A stretch of DNA of 64,000 nt from Chloroflexota bacterium (GTDB lineage Bacteria; Chloroflexota; Dehalococcoidia; UBA2979): the NCBI GenBank assembly GCA_027593235.1, contig JAQCIU010000009.1, positions 1 to 64,000 of the forward strand, in the 5' to 3' direction. Positions within the stretch are counted from its first letter, which is position 1; the number at the start of each line of letters is the position of its first letter. Shown here piece by piece: positions 44,660 through 54,595 of the stretch. The notes under the pieces are model-generated. The model ran no database searches, was not told where the DNA came from, and saw only the letters and a list, made by a program, of their open reading frames with translations. A program made the translations under genes and the position numbers.

Positions 44660-46450
44660 GCCGGCGCGGGTCTCGCCGGCGCGGTACTGATCGGCTGTGG
44701 CGGAGACGACGATCCGGCCGACGGCGGAGGCGGTAGCGGCGGCGGCGGCAGCAGTGCCACCGCGGCACCAACCTCAGCAGGCAGCGGAGGACCCGCTCCC
44801 GCCGATCAGGTGCGTATCGCCCCGGGCATCTACAACGAGCCCGTGGCCGCAACCGCCGCGGAACTGGATCCCGCGAACAACGCCAAGTACGGCGGCACGT
44901 TGCTCACCCGCTACCTGGATCCGCCGCGGATGGACCTGAACCGCACCATCTCCTGAACGATCTATCACACGCTCAACTACACCAATAACAAGCTGCTCCG
45001 AGGCAAGACCGGTGCTTCTGCTGACCCGTTCAACGTGGAAATCGAGCCGGACCTCGCCGAGTCATGGGAAGCCGTCAGCGACGCGAACGATGAGTTCGTC
45101 TTCCATCTCCGCAAGGGCGTCTTGACGCACGAGAAGGAGCCCGTCAACGGTCGCGAGTTCACCTCGGAGGACGTCGTCGCGACACTCGAGCTGATGAGAG
45201 CCGGTGGCACGCAGAAGGACGTCATGTCCGCGGTCACCTCCATTGCGGCCCCCGATCCGTACACCGTTCAGATCAAACTCGGCCAGTCACTCGCGGACTT
45301 CCCCACCACCCTCGCGTCGTGGGGCTTCATGTACGTCAAGGAACTCGCCGAGAACGAAGACCTCCGCCAGGAAGTCGCCGTCGGAACCGGCCCCTTCATT
45401 CAGGAGGAGTGGTCCCGAGGCGAGCGCAGCGTCTTCAAGAAGAACCCCAACTACTTCGAGGACGGTCTCCCCTACCTCGACGAGATCATCGCGATCGCCC
45501 AGAACGACGCGAACGCGCTGCGCGCCGCGTTCCAGACGGACAACATCTTCGAGTGGGCGCCGCGCGATCAGCCAGACCTCGAGGACATGGCGAAGACCAA
45601 GGACGACATGGTCGCCTCGATCTTCCCACGCTCCCGTGGCGCGAACGTCAACGGCTTCCAGTTCCAGATGAAGAACCCCACCTTCCAGGACGAGCGGGTG
45701 CGCCGCGCCCTCTCGCTGGCGTTCGACCGTGTCGAGTACGACCTCGCCCGAAACTCCGGCGACAACCAGAACCCGGAGGGCCCGTACTCCAACGCACCGA
45801 TGCCATGGCCGCAGCTCTTCGACGAGTACCCTACGGCCGCCGCCAACGGCCCCTGGTACCGATTCGAACCCGCCGAGGCATCCAAGCTCATGAACGCCGC
45901 CGGCTACACCGCCGACGCTCCGCTTGAGATGGAGATGCCTTCGTTCTACTACCGGGTCGAACTGGCGGAACTGGTGGTCCCCGGAATCGTCAGCGAACTG
46001 CCCGAGGTGAAGATCGCCTTCCGCGAGGTCGACAACCCGACTCACGTCACACTGATGTCGGACCGCAACTTCGACGACTCGATCGGCTTCCTCTGGGGTC
46101 CCGGCGGGTTCTCCATGGACCAGTGGGTCTACCCGTTCTACCACTCCACTGGTGGTACGAATTACGGCAGCATCAACGACCAGACACTGGACGCGCTCCT
46201 CGAGAAGAACCGCGCCACCACCGATCTTGAGGATCAGAAGGTCATCTGGAAGGACATCTTCGATCGCATCCACGATCAGGTGTACCAGGCGTGGTTCCCA
46301 GAACCACTCGTCCGCACCGCCTGGCCCAACTACGTGATGAACTACCGCTACCACGGCTTGATGGGCAGCTACGTCTGCTACGTAAGCGACCAGGCACGAT
46401 CGATCTGGCTTGACGACGGTGCCCCAGGCATCACCAACGTCAACCGGTAG
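44660..46450 (+). CDS. family-5 ABC substrate-binding lipoprotein, 5'-truncated, with in-frame TGA at 44954-44956 (Sec or nonsense)
   Basis: One frame runs GAGLAGAVLIG-C-GGDDD...AKYGGTL...DLNRTIS-TGA-TIYHTLNY...IEPDLAESWE...LRKGV...VGTGPF...DERVRRALS. Confidence 0.8.
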
Positions 46451-46467
46451 ATCGGCACCCGAGGGAC

Positions 46468-46495
46468 CGGGCACACCGCCTTGGCGGTGTGCCCG
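46468..46495 (+). terminator. strong hairpin after the SBP gene
   Basis: CGGGCACACCGCC-TT-GGCGGTGTGCCCG. Confidence 0.65.
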
Positions 46496-46524
46496 CCTCG
46501 CGAGCTCCAGAGGGAGGTGAGCAA

Positions 46525-46818
46525 GTGCAGGCACCCGAGGATCCCCGCTGCGATCAGGCAGTCACCGCCGAGGGCTATGGAGACGACTGTTGCGGCCCCC
46601 AGGCCGCCTGTGGAAAGCCTGCCGGTTGGCTACACGCTGAGTCAGGCCTCTCACTCTGCGACGAACACGAAACGAACGCCCGCAAGTACAGCTACAACAG
46701 CGGCACATGGCGCGTCGGCGACGTGGCAGTCTCCTACCCCGACGGCTGGCGCCGCATCGAGGGCAATCGGGTTACCGAGAATCCGCCAGCGCTGGAGGTC
46801 GTTCACATCGAGCGCTAA
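46525..46818 (+). CDS. small Cys-rich hypothetical protein
   Basis: GGAGG RBS before GTG; C...CC...CGKPA...LCDEH. Confidence 0.55.
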   Translation: MQAPEDPRCDQAVTAEGYGDDCCGPQAACGKPAGWLHAESGLSLCDEHETNARKYSYNSGTWRVGDVAVSYPDGWRRIEGNRVTENPPALEVVHIER

Positions 46819-46834
46819 CGCGCATCGACCCGGA

Positions 46835-47614
46835 CTAGAAGCGCGTGTACCCGCCGTCGATCACAAATTGATCGCCCGTGTGATAGGCGCTCGCGTCGCT
46901 CATCAGGTAGACCGCCAGCCCACCGAAGTCCGCGCCCGTCCCCCAGCGTCGCTCCGGAATGCGCTTCTTCACCGCGCCCTCGAACACCGCGCTGCCAAAC
47001 GAGCGCTCCGTCATCGGCGTCTCGATCCAGCCCGGGATGATCGAGTTCGCCGTCACCCCGTGACGCGCCAGTTCCACCGCCAACCCCCGCACCATCGACA
47101 GCATCGCGCCCTTGCTCGATGCGTACGGCTCGCTCCGCGGCGCCCCGTGGATCGTCGACACGCTCGAGGTGCCGACCAACCGCCCGCCCTCGCCGCGCTC
47201 GACCATGTGCTTCGCCGCCGCGCGGAACGTCCAGAACACCCCGTCCAGATTCACCCCCAGCACGCGCCGCCACTCTTCGGTCGAGATGTCGATGAACGGC
47301 GTCCCGTTCCCACCAACCCCCGCGTTCGCCAACGCGCCGTCCACCTTGCCGAACTGCTCAACCGTGGCCGCGAACGACGCCTCAACTGCCGCCTCGTCTG
47401 ACACGTCGCAGATCATCGCCGCGGCCTTCGCGCCGGTCGCCTGGAGCTGCGCCAGCGCCACCTCGTTCTTCGCCGGGTTGGTACCCCAGATACAGACGGC
47501 CGCGCCCGCCTCTGCTAGCGCCTGCGCCATCCCGAGGCCGATCCCACTGTTGCCGCCGGTCACCAGCGCAACCTTCCCGCTGAGGTTCATCGGTTCGTAG
47601 GCCATCGTGCTCAT
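46835..47614 (-). CDS. SDR family oxidoreductase (KduD-like)
   Basis: TGGNSGIG, ANAG, YASSK, IDGG. Confidence 0.92.
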   Translation of the reverse strand: MSTMAYEPMNLSGKVALVTGGNSGIGLGMAQALAEAGAAVCIWGTNPAKNEVALAQLQATGAKAAAMICDVSDEAAVEASFAATVEQFGKVDGALANAGVGGNGTPFIDISTEEWRRVLGVNLDGVFWTFRAAAKHMVERGEGGRLVGTSSVSTIHGAPRSEPYASSKGAMLSMVRGLAVELARHGVTANSIIPGWIETPMTERSFGSAVFEGAVKKRIPERRWGTGADFGGLAVYLMSDASAYHTGDQFVIDGGYTRF

Positions 47615-47751
47615 CTCCTCTGGGTCGGATCGGTCGATGTCTCGTCGCCCGGAATCCTACCGGAGTTGCCGTTCAGGCGACCGCCGTGCGATCTCTATGA
47701 GCAGACGCGCCCACGATCCGCGCGCCTGCCGCCGTACGAGAAAGGCACCCG

Positions 47752-48606
47752 ATGAGCGCAACCGTCGAACGCCAACTGCGCTCCTACATGGCCGAAGCCG
47801 CCAACCCCGATCAACCGAACGTCATCCACTCCACCGTCGGCGCGCAGGCGTTCGGCTTCCCCGACGCCCTCGTCCCCGGCTCGATCGTCTACGGCTCGAT
47901 CGTCTACGGCTGGTGCACACCCGCCATCCTCGAAGCCCTCGGCCCGGCGTGGCTTCACGAGGGTTGGGCCGACGTCCGCTTCCGCCGCCCCGTCCACCCC
48001 GACGATCTGCTCACCGTCCGTCTCGACCCCGTCGGCGACGACGCCTGGTCCCTCGAGGTCCTGCGTGACGCCGAGGAACTCGCGCTCGTCGGCACCCTCG
48101 GCCGCGGCATCCGCGGCGACCTCATCGACGGCTTCCACGAATCGCCTCGCGTGCCCGCGATCCCCGTCCCCGATCCCCCGCCCGTCCTCACCCCGGAGAA
48201 CATCCAGTTCGGCATCCAACTCCCGACCTACCGGACCGCACTCCCCTGGCCGGCTGTTCCGCCGAACGAGGCCTCACCGCGCCAACGGCTCGCCGGCGTC
48301 CTCCTCGATGGGACCGCGTACGCCAATCCCGCCGGCGTCTCCGGGCGCATGAGCTGGTACGGCCACACCTCATACGACTACGCCGGCCCCTCGATCCACA
48401 CGCGCACCCAGGCGCAGCACTTCGCCCCCGCGCACGTCGATGAGCCCCTCGACATCGCCGCGTTCATCCAGGACGGCTACGCGCGCAACGGCCACCACTA
48501 CATCGTCTACGACGGCACCGTCCGCAACGCCGCAGGCGACACGCTCGCACACGTCCGCCACACGGTTATCTACCGCGTCGCGACCCGCTCGGAGGACGCA
48601 AGCTAG
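47752..48606 (+). CDS. double hot-dog fold (MaoC-like) protein, paralog of 18288-19142
   Basis: N.IHS...A..FGF..ALV.G, TPAILEALG..WL..GW, IHTR...QH.AP, RN.HH shared with the paralog. Confidence 0.75.
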   Translation: MSATVERQLRSYMAEAANPDQPNVIHSTVGAQAFGFPDALVPGSIVYGSIVYGWCTPAILEALGPAWLHEGWADVRFRRPVHPDDLLTVRLDPVGDDAWSLEVLRDAEELALVGTLGRGIRGDLIDGFHESPRVPAIPVPDPPPVLTPENIQFGIQLPTYRTALPWPAVPPNEASPRQRLAGVLLDGTAYANPAGVSGRMSWYGHTSYDYAGPSIHTRTQAQHFAPAHVDEPLDIAAFIQDGYARNGHHYIVYDGTVRNAAGDTLAHVRHTVIYRVATRSEDAS

Positions 48607-50012
48607 CCCCGAGGATCGACCGGGCTCGGCGGCGTCCCGCCGCGCTCGATCGCCGCGCCGGCGCGCAGCAAGCGCGCCTCGTGGTGCCGCCCTGCCACAA
48701 GCTGAACACCCACCGGTGACGGACCGAGCGGCGTGTCGACTATGCCCGTACTCACCGTCAGCCCCGGCAAACCCATGAACGGGAATGCGATCTGCAGCAG
48801 TTGCGCTTCCATCACCCGCTCGAACGCCGCGCCTGATTCGAACATCAGCAGATCCGGGAACGGCAGCTCCGAGGACACCGGGCACAGCAGGACCGGATAC
48901 TCCTCAAGGAACAGTCGCCACTGACGTGTCAGCGTCGCCTGCACCCGCAGCGTCTCCATCATCTGATCGAGGTTGGGAGCCGGACAGCGCGCCTCCATGT
49001 GCGCGATTGCGAAGTTCGCGTCCGGATCGTCCTCGCGTGCAAACGCGCCATAGTCGCCCTGCCGGTACTGCCCCAGCCAGAGCCGCGCCTGGTGCTCCCC
49101 CGCCAGCCGGATCGGCGGCGTCTCCACCTCCTCCACCGTCCAGCCGTCAGCCTCCAGCCGGCGCGCGGCGTCGCGCACCGCCGCCTCGACCTCCGGCGCA
49201 ACATCGAGGCCTTCCGGCGCGACGCACATCGCGGCGCGCTTCGGACCCAGTGGAAGCTCCACCGGCACCGCCGCGTAGCAGGGGTCGCGCAGGTTCTCGG
49301 CGGACATCGCTTCGAGGCCAAGTCGTAGATCCTCGATCGTCCGCGCGATCGGCCCCGCGACCGCCATCAACTGACCACCGATATTCCGGTCGCCGCCAGA
49401 AGCGTTGTGCTGAGGCACCCGACCGAGGGACGGGCGCAGGCCATGGATCCCACACGCATACGCCGGATAGCGCACCGACCCGGCGATGTCCGTGCCCTGA
49501 CCGATCGCCCCAATCCCCGCCGCCACCGCCGCGGCCGCCCCGCCCGACGATCCCCCCGGTGTGAGCGCCGGATTCCGAGGATTGCGCGTGTGGCCGTGGA
49601 CTCGGTTCCGCGTGAACCAGTGCAGCGAGAACGCCGGGGTATTGGTCCGGCCGACGATCACCGCGCCCGCCTTGCGGAAGTTCGAGACCACGGGGCTGTC
49701 GACCTGAGCGACGTTGTCCCGCTGGATCAGCAGGCCACCCGTCGTCGCATGCCCCGCCTGATCCGTAACCACCTTGATCGTGACCGGCACGCCAGCGAGG
49801 GCGCCCGGATCCTCCCCGCGAGCGATCGTCTCGTCGACGCGTGCCGCCTCGGCCAGCGCCTCCTCGGGGAACTCGTCGACCACCGCCGTGATCGTCGGGT
49901 TCACCGACGCGAGCCGTTCGAGGACCGATCGCGTCACCTCGACTGCGCTGATCTCCCGCGCACGTACGAGGCGTGCGGTCTCCGCCGCTGAGAGCTGCCA
50001 CAGCTCGCTCAT
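48603..50012 (-). CDS. amidase signature family protein
   Basis: GVPVTIK, GGSSGG, GTDIAGSVRYPA. Confidence 0.93.
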   Translation of the reverse strand: MSELWQLSAAETARLVRAREISAVEVTRSVLERLASVNPTITAVVDEFPEEALAEAARVDETIARGEDPGALAGVPVTIKVVTDQAGHATTGGLLIQRDNVAQVDSPVVSNFRKAGAVIVGRTNTPAFSLHWFTRNRVHGHTRNPRNPALTPGGSSGGAAAAVAAGIGAIGQGTDIAGSVRYPAYACGIHGLRPSLGRVPQHNASGGDRNIGGQLMAVAGPIARTIEDLRLGLEAMSAENLRDPCYAAVPVELPLGPKRAAMCVAPEGLDVAPEVEAAVRDAARRLEADGWTVEEVETPPIRLAGEHQARLWLGQYRQGDYGAFAREDDPDANFAIAHMEARCPAPNLDQMMETLRVQATLTRQWRLFLEEYPVLLCPVSSELPFPDLLMFESGAAFERVMEAQLLQIAFPFMGLPGLTVSTGIVDTPLGPSPVGVQLVAGRHHEARLLRAGAAIERGGTPPSPVDPRG

Positions 50013-50755
50013 CGCGTCCCCTCGCGACGTGCCTCGACGCGATCGATGAACTCCATCACCCGTGGCGCCACGACATCGACGGCGTCCGCCGCGCCGCCGT
50101 GGTCGGCTCCCGCAACCGCGAAGAACGTCGCGTCGTGGGCCGTGGTCGCCAGCGGCGGCATCTCGCGCGCGGCGTCGTTCGGGTCCTCGCTCCCCGCGAA
50201 CATCAGCACCGGAAGCGCGGTGGTGTGAAGTGCCTGCCAGGCGCCTCGCCAGTCGCGAAGTGCCTCGAAGCTGTGTCGCATCGCGTACGGGAAGTCATCG
50301 AGTGAACGCGCGAACAGCGGGTTCGCACGCACCACCGGATTCGACTCGACCGCCGCCCACTCGACCGCGGGCGCCTTGAGCGGGCTGAAGCCACCGATCG
50401 TCAGCGATCGGAACCGCTGCGGCATGTAGATCGCGATCCCGTAGCCGATCCAGCCGCCCATCGAATAGCCGAGGTAGTGCGCCGTCTCGATCCCCGCGTC
50501 GTGCAACACCGAGGCCACGTCCACCACCCGCGTCCGCAGCTCGTACGCCTCCGGGTCGTCCGGCTTGTCGCTCTTCCCGTGGCCTCGCGAGTCCACGAGG
50601 ACGCACTGGTACTTCGGCGCGAGACGCTCGAGGTACCCGCGGCTCCGCCAGCTCTCCAGGCTCGACAGCAGGCCGTGCTGCAGCACCAGCGGCGGGCCGC
50701 TGCCTTCCAGCTCGTAGTGAATGCGGACACCGTCAGGGGCATTGGCGAATGGCAT
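50009..50755 (-). CDS. alpha/beta hydrolase
   Basis: LQHG, DSRGHGKS, GYSMGG, GSED, DH. Confidence 0.9.
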   Translation of the reverse strand: MPFANAPDGVRIHYELEGSGPPLVLQHGLLSSLESWRSRGYLERLAPKYQCVLVDSRGHGKSDKPDDPEAYELRTRVVDVASVLHDAGIETAHYLGYSMGGWIGYGIAIYMPQRFRSLTIGGFSPLKAPAVEWAAVESNPVVRANPLFARSLDDFPYAMRHSFEALRDWRGAWQALHTTALPVLMFAGSEDPNDAAREMPPLATTAHDATFFAVAGADHGGAADAVDVVAPRVMEFIDRVEARREGTR

Positions 50756-50802
50756 GCGACGCTCCTCGCTGCGGGGCGGATGCTAGCAGCGGAGTCTCGC
50801 GC

Positions 50803-51960
50803 TCAGCGCTGCTCCGTCAGCTCATCTAGCAGCATCGAGGCCCCGATCGTTTCGTAGTGTCGGCGCGACGCGGCGATGTGATGCTTCATCACCTGCAGGT
50901 CGCGGTACGCCCGCTCGATCCGGTTGGCGCGAAAGATCGCTGGCGTCCCAACCGCGTCGTACAGGATCCCGACCGCCCGTCCCGCCTCGTGCACCGTGTG
51001 TGTCAGCGCCAGTCGTGCCTCCCGGTCACGCGCCGCGAAGTCGGGCGCGCCGTTCGAGGCCGCATCCCACGCCGCTCCGACGGCGTCGAACAGGAACGCG
51101 CGCGCCGCCCGCACCACCGCCTCCGCCTCGCCGACGGCAAGCTGTACGTGCGCGCGGTCCCGCAACAACGCTGGCGTCACCTTCGACGCGTTGTACTGGG
51201 CAAGCGTGTGCAGGTCATCCAGCGCCCCACGCGCGATCCCCACCGCGTTGCCCCCGTGCAGGCACCAGCCCCACATCTGGCTGAACGGCAGCCGGTAGCG
51301 CGGGCTCGTCGCGAACGGCCGCTCGTCGTTCCGCATCGTCCGATCGGCGCGTACGAACGCGTCGTCGATCACGAAGTCGTGGCTGCCGGTCCCGCGCATC
51401 CCCATCGTGTCCCAGTGATCGACAATCCGCCCGCTCTCCGGCGGCACGAACAGCACCCGGGTCAGCGGGTCGCCGTGCCCGTCGCGCAGCCGCTCACCCC
51501 CGGGACCATCGAGCACGAACACACCAACCGAGACCCAGTTCGCGTGCACGATCCCGCTCACGAAGTTCCAGTGCCCCGTCGCGCGGTACCCGCCGTCAAC
51601 GGCGTACCCCGTGCCCTGCGGCTGAATCGCGCCCGCCATCCGCAGGTTCTGGTCCTCGGACCGCATCTCCTCGATCGTCCCCGGCGAGAGCCAGCCGAGG
51701 AGCGCCGCCTCGTACGAACTGTTCGTCGCGAGCCAGCCCGCCGATCCGTCCGCACGCCCGATCTGCTCCACGGCCCGTATCGCCGTCAGCGGATCGACGT
51801 CCGACCCGCCGTGCTCGGCGGGCGTCAGCAGCGTGAACAACCCCGCCTCCGCCATCGCATCCGCGATCGCGGCCGGGAGCTGTCGATCCGCCTCGATCTG
51901 ATCGCCGGCGGCACGGATTCGCGGGGCAAGCCGGCGCGCGGCCTCGATGACATCGTCCAT
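50803..51960 (-). CDS. acyl-CoA dehydrogenase-like flavin-dependent hydroxylase (HsaA/IacA-like)
   Basis: DGSAGW, GHWNFVSG, WDTMGMRGTGSHD, ERAYRD. Confidence 0.85.
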   Translation of the reverse strand: MDDVIEAARRLAPRIRAAGDQIEADRQLPAAIADAMAEAGLFTLLTPAEHGGSDVDPLTAIRAVEQIGRADGSAGWLATNSSYEAALLGWLSPGTIEEMRSEDQNLRMAGAIQPQGTGYAVDGGYRATGHWNFVSGIVHANWVSVGVFVLDGPGGERLRDGHGDPLTRVLFVPPESGRIVDHWDTMGMRGTGSHDFVIDDAFVRADRTMRNDERPFATSPRYRLPFSQMWGWCLHGGNAVGIARGALDDLHTLAQYNASKVTPALLRDRAHVQLAVGEAEAVVRAARAFLFDAVGAAWDAASNGAPDFAARDREARLALTHTVHEAGRAVGILYDAVGTPAIFRANRIERAYRDLQVMKHHIAASRRHYETIGASMLLDELTEQR

Positions 51961-52143
51961 CGCCGGATGATACGAGGCGCCGTCGGACCCGCGTGGGGCC
52001 ACCCACCCCGCGGCGCTGTATCGATCCGGTCATCACTCTCGATATTACAAAGCGTATAGTGCGACTCAGGTGAGTCTCAGGCTGCGGCGCTGCTCGCAAG
52101 AACGCGAAACGAGCAGCCGCCGGTCGCACATCAGGGGGTCTTT

Positions 52144-52995
52144 GTGAAAGAGCTACGCGGTCGCAACGCCATCGTCACCGGCGCCTCCCGCGGGATCGGC
52201 GTCCACATCGCGCGTGCACTCGCCGACCGAGGCGTCAACCTGATCCTCGCCGCCCGCACCACGGACGAGCTGGAAACGGTCGCGACCGAAATGACCGAGT
52301 TCGGTGTCCGTGCACTCGCCGTCCCCTGCGACATCGCCGACCCGCTCGCCCGCCAGGCGCTCGTGGATGTCGCGCTCTCCCAGTTCGGGTCCGTCGATCT
52401 GCTCATCGACAACGCCGCCATCGAATCAACCATCCACTTCCAACAGCAAACCGACGCCGAGTTCGACCACATGGTGGACGTCAACCTGCTCGCGCCTGTC
52501 GCGCTCACCCGTCTCGTGCTCCCCGGCATGCTGGAGCGCAAGCGCGGACACGTCGTCAACATCTCCTCGTTGGCCGGCAAAGCCGGCACGCCGTACGAGG
52601 TCGCCTACTCCACCACCAAGCACGGATTGATGGGGATGACCCGATCGCTGCGCGGCGAGTTCCGCGACCGCGGAATCGGCTTCTCGGTCATCTGCCCCGG
52701 CTTCGTCTCGGACGTTGGCATGTACGCCGACAGCATGGTCGCCCATGGCATCAAAGCCCCCTGGACGCTCGGCACCTCCAAGCCGGAGAAGGTCGCCCGC
52801 GCGGTCATCAAGGCGATCGAGAAGAACAAGCCCGAAATCATCGTCAACCCGAACGCCACTCGCATCCTGATGACCATCGCCGAGGCATCGCCGATGGCCG
52901 GCGAATGGCTGCTCGCACGCATGGGTGTGAACAAGGTCTTCCGACAGGGTGCCGAACTGCACGCGGCGGAGCAGGCGCGCGCCGCAACGCGGTAG
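52144..52995 (+). CDS. SDR family oxidoreductase
   Basis: TGASRGIG, DNAA, YSTTK. Confidence 0.9.
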   Translation: MKELRGRNAIVTGASRGIGVHIARALADRGVNLILAARTTDELETVATEMTEFGVRALAVPCDIADPLARQALVDVALSQFGSVDLLIDNAAIESTIHFQQQTDAEFDHMVDVNLLAPVALTRLVLPGMLERKRGHVVNISSLAGKAGTPYEVAYSTTKHGLMGMTRSLRGEFRDRGIGFSVICPGFVSDVGMYADSMVAHGIKAPWTLGTSKPEKVARAVIKAIEKNKPEIIVNPNATRILMTIAEASPMAGEWLLARMGVNKVFRQGAELHAAEQARAATR

Positions 52996-53065
52996 TCCCC
53001 CACCCACGAGGCCGGGCGAATCCCCGCGTGCCACGACCTCACCAGGCCGGTACGCTGGTCGCCTG

Positions 53066-54562
53066 ATGGACGAACTCACCCACCTCGAAGCCGGCATGCC
53101 GATCGTCTACGGCGGCAACCGCGTCGCCCACGTCGACGCGGATCTGGCGAACGCCTTCTCCGAGGGCGATCGGCTGGTCGTCGTCCAAACAACCGGCGAT
53201 CTGCTGCACATCCCCGCCGACGTCTGGCGGATCGCGCAGGACGCGGTCGGCGCCGCCTCGGACGCCTTCGCGCAGATGGGCTCCGTGACCGACGATCAGA
53301 TCAGCGCATTCTTCGAGGCGTTCGCACGACGCCTCGAGGACGACGCCACCTTCGCCCCGATCGCCGCCGCTAACGCCGCCGACGTCGCCAGCGCACAGGC
53401 ACGAGGTCGCACGACCACCCGCCTCGTGCTCAGCGCCGGCATGCGCGCCGACATGGTCTCCGGGCTCCGCATGTGGCGCGACGCTCCCGGCGGGAGCGGC
53501 GAGGTCGTCGAGGAGATCCAGCACGAAGGCTGGCGCATCGAGCAGGTGCGCGCCGGGCTTGGCCCCGTCGGCTTCGTCTTTGAGGGCCGCCCCAACGTCT
53601 TCGCCGACGCCACCGGCGTGATGCGCAGCGGCAACACCGTCGTCTTCCGCATCGGCTCGGATGCCCTCGGAACCGCTCAGGCGATCGTCGAGCACGCGCT
53701 CGACCCCGCGCTCGCGGAGGCGGGCCTGCCCGCCGGCGCCGCATCGCTCGTTGCCAGCGCCTCGCGGGCAGCTGGCTGGGCGATGTTCTCGGACCCCCGT
53801 GTCGCCCTCGCGGTGGCGCGCGGCTCCGGCTTTGCCGTCGCTCAACTCGGCGCGGTCGCCCGTCAGGCCGGCCTGCCTGTCAGCCTGCACGGCACCGGCG
53901 GTGCCTGGATCGTCGGCGCAACCACGGCCGATGCCGCCAACTTCACCGCCGCCGTCGCCAACTCACTCGACCGCAAGACCTGCAACACCCTCAACACCTG
54001 CGCGATCGTCGCATCCCGCAAGGACGACCTCGTCCCTGCCTTCCTCGACGGCATCCGCCGCGTGCAGCAGCGCCAGGACGTCTGCGTGAAGCTCCACGTC
54101 GTCCAGGGCTTCGAAGACCTCATTCCTCGCGAGTGGTTCGCCGAACAGCCGATCGGCCGCGCCGAAGGCGACGTCGTCGAACCTCAAACCGAGCTGATCA
54201 CCGCCGACCGCCTCGGCGAAGAATGGGAATGGGAAGCCAGTCCTGAGGTCACGCTCACGATCGTCCCGGACGTCGACACCGCCGTGCGCCTCTTCAACGA
54301 ACAGAGCCCCCGGTTCGCCGCCTCGCTCATCTCCGAGGATCGCGACGAGCACGAGCGCTTCTACAACCTGATCGACTCCCCCTTCATCGGCGACGGCATG
54401 ACCCGCTGGGTCGACGGCCAGTACGCCCTCGGCCGCCCCGAACTCGGCCTCTCCAACTGGCAGTTCGGCCGCCTCTTCGGACGCGGCGGCGTCCTCTCAG
54501 GCGACTCCGTCTTCACCGTCCGCACCCGCGCCTTCCAGTCCGACCCGGACCTCGGTCGCTAG
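53066..54562 (+). CDS. proA: glutamate-5-semialdehyde dehydrogenase-like (divergent ProA)
   Basis: LGPVGFVFEGRPNVFAD, ARG, CNTLN catalytic Cys, TRWVDG...ELG.S. Confidence 0.75.
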   Translation: MDELTHLEAGMPIVYGGNRVAHVDADLANAFSEGDRLVVVQTTGDLLHIPADVWRIAQDAVGAASDAFAQMGSVTDDQISAFFEAFARRLEDDATFAPIAAANAADVASAQARGRTTTRLVLSAGMRADMVSGLRMWRDAPGGSGEVVEEIQHEGWRIEQVRAGLGPVGFVFEGRPNVFADATGVMRSGNTVVFRIGSDALGTAQAIVEHALDPALAEAGLPAGAASLVASASRAAGWAMFSDPRVALAVARGSGFAVAQLGAVARQAGLPVSLHGTGGAWIVGATTADAANFTAAVANSLDRKTCNTLNTCAIVASRKDDLVPAFLDGIRRVQQRQDVCVKLHVVQGFEDLIPREWFAEQPIGRAEGDVVEPQTELITADRLGEEWEWEASPEVTLTIVPDVDTAVRLFNEQSPRFAASLISEDRDEHERFYNLIDSPFIGDGMTRWVDGQYALGRPELGLSNWQFGRLFGRGGVLSGDSVFTVRTRAFQSDPDLGR

Positions 54563-54595
54563 GAACCCCCGGACCGCCCTCGCCGTTCTGCCTGT

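Noticed and set aside
44659-44760. Pro-rich N-terminus of ORF 44239-44760
   Set aside because: It is the antisense reading of the Gly-rich SBP linker across the fusion junction.
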